Assembly: GCF_006345805.1 (NCBI RefSeq)
Contig: NW_021834429.1
Coordinates: 1-48,318, forward strand
Direction: 5' to 3'
Length of the DNA: 48,318 bases
Source: Octopus sinensis
Taxonomy: Eukaryota
Made by a program: the position numbers and the translations under genes. Under the pieces are notes generated by a model. It was given only the letters and a program-made list of their open reading frames with translations. It did not search any database and was not told the origin of the DNA. Positions 40,037-48,318 of this stretch are shown here, piece after piece; position 1 is the first letter of the stretch, and each line of letters begins with the position of its first letter.

Positions 40037-40406
40037 CAGTTCTATATTTAAGAGATGAGGAATTATGTACATTATTTACATTTGGCGGATATTTGTCCTC
40101 ATCTTGTTTGTTATTGACACAATGTTTTGGCTGATATACCCTCCAGCCTTCATCAGGGGTCTTGAGGAAATTTCGAACCTGGATTCCCGTTCCTAAGGTA
40201 TTTTTCGATGTTGTTGTTGTTATCATTATTATTATTATTACCATTATTATTATTATCATAATTATTATTCAGGTCACTGCCTGATATCGAACTCGGAATC
40301 TTGGTGTTAGCAGTCCGCGCTCTTATCCACTACGCCATATGCCCGTTGTGTTAACAACAAACAAGATGAGGACAAATATCCGTCAATTGTAAATAATGTA
40401 AATAAT
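40037..40406 (-). mobile_element. tRNA-headed SINE with hammerhead-containing PLE-type tail and inverted tail copy
   Basis: Head 40344-40270 (A box TGGCGTAGTGG, B box AGTTCGATATC), (AAT)n, hammerhead 40161-40116, tail to 40037, inverted tail copy 40345-40406. Confidence 0.8.
40116..40161 (-). ncRNA. Minimal type I hammerhead motif (CpG-decayed copy)
   Basis: GACCC-CTGATGA-A-GGCTG-gagggtatat-CAGCC-aAAAC-aTT^GTGTC. The second copy keeps CGTT-GTGT. Confidence 0.7.
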
Positions 40407-40459
40407 GAACTAAAATAACTTCATTCAAAACACTTACTCGACTCCAAAACACTTACTCG

Positions 40460-40672
40460 ACGGCAAGCTGGCAGAATTGATAGCACGCCGGATAAAATGT
40501 TTGACGGCATTTCATCCGTTTTTACGTTCTGAATTCAAATTCAGCCGAGGTCGACTTTTCATTTCATCATTTCGGGGTCGATAGAATGAGTACCATTTGA
40601 ACATTGGGGACGATGTGATCAATTTAACCGCTTCTTCGAAATTGCTGGCCTTGTGCTAAAAATTTCAAAGCA
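40460..40672 (+). mobile_element. SINE family C monomer
   Basis: cggcaagctggcagaa..gccgaggtcgactttt..tttcggggtcgata. A duplicated 17-mer caaaacacttactcgac precedes it. Confidence 0.85.
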
Positions 40673-41002
40673 TCATTTGACTGACAGTTTATGTTATCGA
40701 GCCCGTAAAACACACCACAGCGGGGTTTAAAGACTGAGTGAGAGAATCAATTATTGTGAGACAATTTTGCTCAATACGTGGTCATTCATTGTGCTGAAAT
40801 CAACAACTAAATCTCTGACAAATGACAACCTTACAGTTTTAAGTAACGGAATTTTGAGAAACTACGAGTAGTTATTGATACAGAAACGACAGGATTTTCA
40901 TGACTGAACCATCGAGGTCAATACCGTGTTTCATCCAAATAGACTTCGATATCTTTCGTCTAAATCCGAAAACAAATATTTCTGTAAAAAATAATAAATA
41001 TA

Positions 41003-41413
41003 GGCGCAGGAGTGGTTGTGTGGTAAGTAGTTTGCTTACCAACCACATGGTTCCGGGTTCAGTCCCACTGCGTGGCACCTTGGGCTTGTGTCTTCTACTA
41101 TAGCCTCAGGCCAACCAAAGCCTTGTGAGTGGATTTGGTAGATGGAAACTGTAAGAAGCCCGTCGTATATATGTATATATATATATGTGTGTGTGTGTAT
41201 GTTTGTGTGTCTGTGTTTGTCCCCCTAGCATTGCTTGACAACCGATGCTGGTGTGTTTACGTCGCCGTCACTTAGCGGTTCGGCAAATGAGAGCGATGGA
41301 ATAAGTACTGGGATAACAAAGAATAAGTCCTGGGGTCAATTTGTTCGACTAAAGGCGGTGCTCCAGCATGGTCGCTGTCAAATGACTGAAACAAGTAAAA
41401 GAGTAAAAGAGAG
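41003..41413 (+). mobile_element. SINE family A, full length
   Basis: ggcgcaggagtgg through aaaagagtaaaaga. Confidence 0.92.
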
Positions 41414-41752
41414 TAACTGCGTTGCACAAGGCTGGAGCAAGAGGATCGAAATTATTTTTGCAACAATGTACAGGTTTTTTTAGAAAGAGGGATATACTGG
41501 TAATCCACGTCTTCAAAGATATGGAGTACTGTCTTATCTCATGGGTCCTTCACGTTATTAAAACGATAAAGCAGTAATTTCAGGTAGATTTGGTTGCTAT
41601 TTCTAGCTCGACATACTTTATCAGTCATTTGAGTTTTTCTTCATCCATGTCAGTCCTGAAATCCAGTAGATTTATCACTAAACCTATTCAAGCTATGTCC
41701 TCTCATGTTTCTTTACTTGTAAATAGGATTACGTTCTCTTATGTATATGTGT

Positions 41753-41787
<35 letters not shown>

Positions 41788-41854
41788 AGGATGCAATTTT
41801 ACGGGAATTTGGTTTCTATTTCTAGCAGGATGAGCCACAAACATGAGACCGCTA

Positions 41855-41874
41855 TCAGCAGCAGCAGCAACAGC

Positions 41875-41934
<60 letters not shown>

Positions 41935-42170
41935 TGTAGTAGTTGTGGTGGTGGTGGTGGTGGTGTAGGTGGTAGTAGTAGTAGTGTAGTGGTAGTGGTG
42001 GTGGTGGTGGTGGTGGTAGTAGTGGTGGTGGTGGTGGTGGTGGTGGTGGTGGTGGTAGTAGTGGCAGTGGTGGTGGTGGTGGTGGTGGTGGTGGTGGTGG
42101 TAGTAGTAGTGGCAGTGGTGGTGGTGGTGGTGGTGGTGGTTGTAGTAGTAGTAGTAGTAGCAGCAGCAGC
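41855..42170. repeat. Compound (AGC)(AGT)(GGT) trinucleotide tract
   Basis: Directly visible. Confidence 0.95.
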
Positions 42171-42536
42171 TTGCATGCTTTGGTGCTGAAAACTAACAGA
42201 CTGAAAACTAATGCAGGACAGTCTCCCTTCAGTTCCTGCAACACTCACGCAGGTTTTGTAAAACAGCGATCGATATCAACAGATAAGTGGGCCGCATCGT
42301 TCTTTTTTTTATATATATCCGTCCACCAGACTCAATGATTGCGACAAAACAATTATCAATTAGTGTGACAGGTGCGCAAAAGTACGCTGTCGGTCACCTG
42401 ATACGCCGTTAGAAGATTGAATAAAAATGGTTGATTGTCTGGCTGTCTGGTTGTCTGGCTGGTGTCCGACTGGCTATTATCAGGCTGTCTGATCTGACTG
42501 GCAGAGATGCATAGCTGGCAAATAAGCATGGCTTGG

Positions 42537-42606
<70 letters not shown>

Positions 42607-42615
42607 GTCTATCTG

Positions 42616-42672
<57 letters not shown>

Positions 42673-42790
42673 TTCTCTGTCTGTCTTCTGTCTGTCTGTC
42701 TATCGATCGATCTATCTATTTATCTCTCGATTTATATATCTGTCTATCTATCTATCTAGCTACCTAGTTATCTATCTGTCTGTCTGTCTG
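42537..42790. repeat. (TATC)n/(TGTC)n microsatellite
   Basis: Directly visible. Confidence 0.95.
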
Positions 42791-43099
42791 TCAATTAGTC
42801 ACCTGTCTATCTGGATGGATGAAGGGAGGGAAGGAGAGTTGGACAGAGAGAGGGAGGAAGGTCGGGATGAATGGATGGATAGATGGTGGATGGAGGGAGA
42901 GGGGCAACTGGATGGATAGATGGGTAGATGGATGGACAGACAGACGGACAGACGGGTGGTTTAGTTGATGGATGGATGTAAATATGTATTTCTGTATGTA
43001 TGTTTATACGGATGAAAATTTAATTCAGAACTGCAAAATTTGAGGTCGAACGGAACCGAACCAAACATGTGATCTCTTAAGCACCACCAGCTCAATTAT

Positions 43100-43287
43100 T
43101 TTCTCCTCTGTCTTCCCTCCTTGGGATCTTTCTTTCTCCGTTTCCGACGAAGAGCTCCGCTCGAAACGTTAAACCCTCCTTCCCTTCTTTCCTGAGCGTC
43201 AATAATACTTTAATTGTTCCACGTCCTGCGTTGCTGTGTTTTTTTCTCTTTTTTTCTCTTTTTTTCTGTGTTTTCTTGTTTGGATTA

Positions 43288-43292
<5 letters not shown>
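43100..43292 (+). mobile_element. PLE-like family P2 with minimal hammerhead motif (43140-43174)
   Basis: GTTT-CCGACGA-A-GAGC-tcc-GCTC-GAAAC-GTT^AAAC. The 3' end runs into (TA)n. Confidence 0.75.
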
Positions 43293-43323
<31 letters not shown>

Positions 43324-43346
43324 CATATAGATAGATAGATAGATAT

Positions 43347-43386
<40 letters not shown>

Positions 43387-44703
43387 GTAAACAGATAGAT
43401 AAGCCATGAATGTCAGTCTATTAGATTGGTGTATGTAGTATGAACAGATGGATGAATGGTAGGGAAATCGGTAGGTGGATGGAATGGACGAATGACTAAA
43501 CGACTGGTTAGATGAGCGAACGAAAGGTGTGTATAAAAGACATATCACGAGGGTGTATATATAATTAGGTGGATTCATAGATAACTGGATAGGGAGAAAT
43601 AAAAGGAGGGTAAGTGGAAGAAAAAAGGGCAGGAATATGTAAATGGATATCTCTATAAAAGTTTGGAGACCCTGTTGTTCTGAATCCTAAAAGTGGTTAG
43701 AGCATCGGATGGAATATGTTGTGATATTCATTTCGGTTCTTTACTACCTGAGTTCGAATTTCACTGAAGATAATTTTGTCTTCCATTTTTTTTCGGAGTC
43801 GATAGAGAAATAGCGGTCTGGAGTCGTGGTTTGCTCGAAGTGATAGAGAGTCGGAGGAGCTGCTTTGCAGTGCCTGTTGTAGCATTTCGTATCCTGAGTT
43901 CGAATTCTCGAATCAGAGAGCCTGTTCGTGCTCTTTTAATCTACTAAAAGTAACAGCCAAGTATTCTTCAAACCACTCCTTGACGTTTACATAAAAAAAT
44001 AATATTGCATGGCGTGAAGAAATAATGGTTAGGCGGTCTTCGAGTTAAATAACAAATCCGGTAAAATGTATGTGTTTATGAATATTGCATATATACGAGT
44101 ATGACTTGTCTTGCTTTGAGCCATCAAATACTAATGGACTCGTTGGTTCGATGTCCTTAAATAACGCGTGTCATGAACATTTTCAATACGCAAGCCACGC
44201 CGTTTGTGACAACGGAGCCCAATTCTTTCCATGTCTGAACACAGCCGAGTTCTTCCAGACAGAAAAAGAGAAAGTGAAGAAATTGTGCCATTAATGGATC
44301 ATTAATGTATTTATCGATTCCAGAGTTTTGATAGGCAATACCGATCTCAGTAATATGTGAAATAAGTAACGTCTCGGAAAGAACATCGCATGGTATTCTA
44401 CCTGACGAACAGACAACTCCAAGTTAACAACACTTTGTGGAGAAGTATGTGTATGAATAAATGAGAGGAGATATATATATATGTTTGTGTGTGTGTTTGT
44501 GACGAGAGGAGGGATATGATATCCAGGCAGATACCGAATTTCTCTGAGTAAAATGCGAAGGCTGGTTCCTTCAGATGGTGTGATTTTTGCTAAACTTCTT
44601 TTAGCTCTCATCCGATGTTACTGTTTATTTTTTGCACACGCATACACACACAGACAATCACACACAATTACACACTCACCTTCCTCTCTCTCTCTCTCTC
44701 ATT

Positions 44704-44752
<49 letters not shown>

Positions 44753-45096
44753 TGTGTGTATGAGAGGTTTTGCTATACAGAAGACGTATTCCTACCCATT
44801 CTACACAGTACTTTCCTCGGATAATGGAACAGCAACTGTAACATCCTATGTATATATATTTTACTTTCATTTTCATTCTCATATTTCCCTTTATATTTCC
44901 TATATCATCCGTTTCCAAAATAACTCCTGATATTGAATTCTACTATCCCCCCCCCCAGTTGATGCTCTCATGTCGTCTCGAAGGGATATCCCTAATATCT
45001 CAGAAACAGCTGTAAGACTACCTTTCTCTTTATAAATGTCCTATAAATATCACACAGCCTTCGTTTTGTTGTCTCATTTTATTTAACATATATATA

Positions 45097-45500
45097 GGCG
45101 CAGGAGTGACTGTGTGGTAAAAAGCATGCTTCTCAACCGCATGGTTCCAGGTTCAGTCCCACTACGTAGTACGTGTCTTCTACTATACCCTCGGGCCGAC
45201 CAAAGCCTTGTGAGTGGATTTGGTAGACGGAAACTGAAAGAAACCCGTCGTATTATATATATGTATATATGTATGTATGTATTTGCTATTTTTGTCTTTG
45301 TTTGTCCCCCTACCATCGCTTGACAACTGATGCTGGTGTGTTTGTGTCCCTCGTCACATAGCGGTTCGGCAAAAAGGGACCGTTAGAATAAGTACTAGGA
45401 TAACAAAGAATGATTCCTGGGGTCGATTTGTTCGACTAAAGTTAGTGCTCCAGCATGGCCAGAGTCAAATGACTGAAACAAGTGAAAGAATAAAAGAATA
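45097..45500 (+). mobile_element. SINE family A, full length
   Basis: Matches 41003-41413. Confidence 0.9.
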
Positions 45501-45593
45501 TATATATATCTTTCATTCTCCTGTTCTGGCAATGTTTCTTTTGTATATCGGTGGTGGGGAGATGAATCGCTGCTGTCTCTTGCGATCGAACGT

Positions 45594-45640
45594 TCATCAT
45601 TGACAAGACCAAGGAAGGTCGAAATCACGTGATCTGATGG
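45594..45640 (+). ncRNA. Type I hammerhead ribozyme, U3-A8 core
   Basis: TCATCA-TTGACAA-GACC-aaggaa-GGTC-GAAA-TCA cg TGA-TC^TGATGG. Predicted cleavage after 45634. Confidence 0.8.
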
Positions 45641-45940
45641 TTTCTGTACTGAAGATGGCACGGATTTATCTCCCTGCCAGCGATATAAGTCTATTATGAA
45701 CCACAAGCCAATATAAGAGTTTTTTCTCATAACTACCGCAGTATAGTCTGTTCTAAATGAACATCCACGTTTAAATGGGCATAAATATGACCTTTCGGTA
45801 TTAATATGGCTTCTGTCGCTAATATATATATTTCTAACAGGCTCACTGGTCAATAGCGACACCAGTACCCGTTCTGGCACCGTTTTCCAATATATCACTG
45901 GCGGGGAGATGGATCGGTGCTTCCACTAATGGCCGAGCAT

Positions 45941-45987
45941 CCATCATTGATGAGACCCAGGAAGGTCGAAATCACCTGATCTGATGG
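45941..45987 (+). ncRNA. Type I hammerhead ribozyme, C3U core
   Basis: CCATCA-TTGATGA-GACC-caggaa-GGTC-GAAA-TCA cc TGA-TC^TGATGG. Predicted cleavage after 45981. Stem I is extended by GCCGAG/CTCGGC. Confidence 0.85.
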
Positions 45988-46287
45988 TCTCGGCGCCGGA
46001 AATGGCGGGGATTTATCTCCCCACAAGCGATATAAACAAGAATGCATTATGAAGGAAAAGCTTATGGTATCTACCGTAGTAAAGTTTGTTGTAACAGAAC
46101 ATTCACGTTTAAGTGAGGATAAATGTTATCTTCCGGTATTAATTCTGCTTCTGCCACTTATAAATAAATGTGTGTGTGTGTGTGAATGTACTTGAACTTA
46201 AGTAGGTATATATTCATACACCTCTGTGTGAGAGACAGCATGGGAATATCTGTTTGTCTACACTCATACACACACATACACACGCAA

Positions 46288-46359
<72 letters not shown>

Positions 46360-46363
<4 letters not shown>

Positions 46364-46520
46364 GGAAAGTTTACGAAAATAAACAAAAGACGAAGACAGG
46401 TGTGTACAAAATAAACAGATGTATTAGTATAACGCTCAGGAATAGAAAAGTATTTTACATTTCGAGCCTACGCTCTTCTACAGAAAGGTATACAGAAAAA
46501 CAAGGAGAGAAAAAAAAGGA
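46360..46520 (-). mobile_element. PLE-like family P1 with minimal hammerhead motif (46451-46489)
   Basis: CTTT-CTGTAGA-A-GAGC-gtag-GCTC-GAAAT-GTA-AAA. The 3' end abuts a long (TA)n. Confidence 0.75.
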
Positions 46521-46713
46521 TATTTGTAAGTGTGTGTGTATATATTATATGTGTGTCTGCTTGTATATATGTAATCATCAAGGGATACAAATAATCGGAG
46601 CAGTTTAATGATAAAATTATGTCTCAGAGTACACTGCAACAGATGTCACTAAACTACTCATAGCTGTAAGCCACCTTGGATTTTAGCGATTATTTTGTAT
46701 TGTTTTATTATCT

Positions 46714-47203
46714 TTAGCTTCGTGCGTCTTGATTCCACGTTCGAATCACGCATCTTCCAACTAATAAATCAGTTTGACTTATGTTTATAAAACGGGCTAG
46801 ATTATAGTGAAGTAGCCAAGTCACTGAAGCATCGAATAACCTATATTTGTTTATTCGTTCTGGACCTATCCAAAATGAGTCCAAAATCCACCGGTCACCC
46901 ACCACTTGTTTTTCTTTATCTTTTTATGATCGGTTTATTAAAATAACAATCCAGAACCAGAGTTAATTCCTATTACATTTTCTATTCCCACTCTCTCGTT
47001 TTCTTTCTGTTAGAAGCTGACCGGGATTCGACATGAGGAAGAATGAACTTCGGCAGATTTAGATGTCCAGAGACGCGACTTGCATTTCTAAGATTCCATT
47101 TTAAGCTGAGGACCCAAGGCAAAGTAAGACTAAATCTCGAATGCGAGCACACTGGATATTGGTCAACTTTATCAATACAAAGCAATTGATCTATCGCACT
47201 CAT
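46714..47203 (-). pseudogene. Possible decayed CR1/L2 LINE C-terminal fragment
   Basis: NASRVSGHL..ILPHVE and VIRTWNQ resemble KANRxLG, RPHLEY and RVVxxWN in order. Weak. Confidence 0.3.
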
Positions 47204-47479
47204 TCAAGAATTCTCCGACAGAATTAGGGCGGTTGATAAAAACGATACTGCTGTGCACTGACTAACTCACCTAGCTTATATTTCTGCCCTTTAAACGGTA
47301 AGTTCAAATCTCTTTAGGGATTACTAAGCTTTCATCTAACCGAAGGTCATGCAATCTGTACCACTAATGTACCCAGGCAAATTCAATGCGTTACAACTCT
47401 CTCGTAAATGCGTCGTTTTTTTTTAAAATGAAATTCTGCCAAATTTTAATAAAAATCAATATTATGTTTCGTACTTTTC

Positions 47480-47635
47480 AAATTTAAGTTCAAATCTCCG
47501 AGGAGTCAATTTTTATTTTTCCTTTTCATCCACCCGAGATCGATAAAATAAAAATTAGACAAATATATGGGGTCGATTTTATCGACCAGACCTCTCCTCT
47601 ACGAAAACTTGGCCTTGTTCCTAATCAAAACTAAT
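47480..47635 (+). mobile_element. SINE family C, diverged
   Basis: agttcaaatctcc..ttttcatcc..gatcgataaaata..ggggtcgat..ggccttgt. Similar relics at 34780-35060, 35255-35350 and 43700-43810. Confidence 0.65.
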
Positions 47636-47899
47636 GAATGATTTTGTAGGTTTGTTATTTTTCTATTTCCTTTGCAACAAGGAGAAGAGATCAGTCACAT
47701 GAACCAAGGTCCTCGGGTTACACTTTTGACAAAACCACCGGCTATTTGTAATGCTATATACATATATATGCGCATGTATCTACATATATGAATGTATGTG
47801 TACTTAAGTTCGACATATATGTCTCTGACGTGAAGGGAGATGAAGAATGGTTGTGATTCAGTGCCTTACCGTATGTATACATATATATATTTCCCAATT

Positions 47900-48016
47900 A
47901 TTTGTGCGTGTGTGTTGTGTGTGAATGTGCGTATATGTATGCATGTATGTATGTATGTATGTATTTATGTACGTATATCTATCTATTTATCTACCTGTCT
48001 CTCTCTCTCTCTCTCT

Positions 48017-48051
<35 letters not shown>

Positions 48052-48216
48052 TATATGTGTATTTTTGCATGTATGTATGTATATTTATATATTATCTTTG
48101 TAAATGTATGTTTGATGAAGATGTATATATATATATATATGTATATGTGTGTATATATATATGAGGTTATATCTGTATCGGTTTTGGCAAATTTGTGTGT
48201 GTATAAAGATATATAT

Positions 48217-48248
<32 letters not shown>

Positions 48249-48290
48249 ATATAGATATCATATACATGCACACAAACACAAGTACACACG
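47900..48290. repeat. Compound (TA)n/(TATG)n microsatellites
   Basis: Directly visible. Confidence 0.9.
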
Positions 48291-48318
48291 TGTGCATGGA
48301 GATTTATATATGCAGATA

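Larger units (their letters stand above)
45522..46168 (+). mobile_element. Tandem 347-bp hammerhead-carrying repeat (retrozyme/PLE pLTR-like), 2 diverged units
   Basis: Colinear similarity at a 347-bp offset around the ribozymes. Each unit holds one hammerhead. Confidence 0.8.

Noticed and set aside
41590-42248. Long ORFs of 129-199 aa with poly-S/V/T/P
   Set aside because: They are stop-free only because of the triplet repeat tract.

Overview
This is AT-rich, microsatellite-saturated animal DNA. The SINE repertoire and the density of TA/CA/TACA/GATA repeats point to an octopus or other coleoid cephalopod (inference). I recognise no intact protein-coding gene, and almost all listed ORFs are translations of simple repeats. 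The window holds several tRNA-headed SINE families, a full-length decayed mariner, two non-autonomous Helitron-type elements, LINE relics (RTE, possibly CR1/L2), a foldback element and a truncated tRNA-Ala fused to a SINE. The most striking signal is about 14 type-I hammerhead-ribozyme-like motifs in several unrelated short repeat families, most ending at (TA)n tracts like Penelope-like-element (PLE) termini or retrozymes. These include a tandem pair 347 nt apart, recurrent non-canonical cores (C3U, U4C, A6U), and a tRNA-promoter SINE with a hammerhead tail whose inverted copy starts at the predicted cleavage triplet. Three weak candidate exons on the minus strand may belong to one spliced transcript. 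All structures were folded by eye and most element boundaries are approximate.
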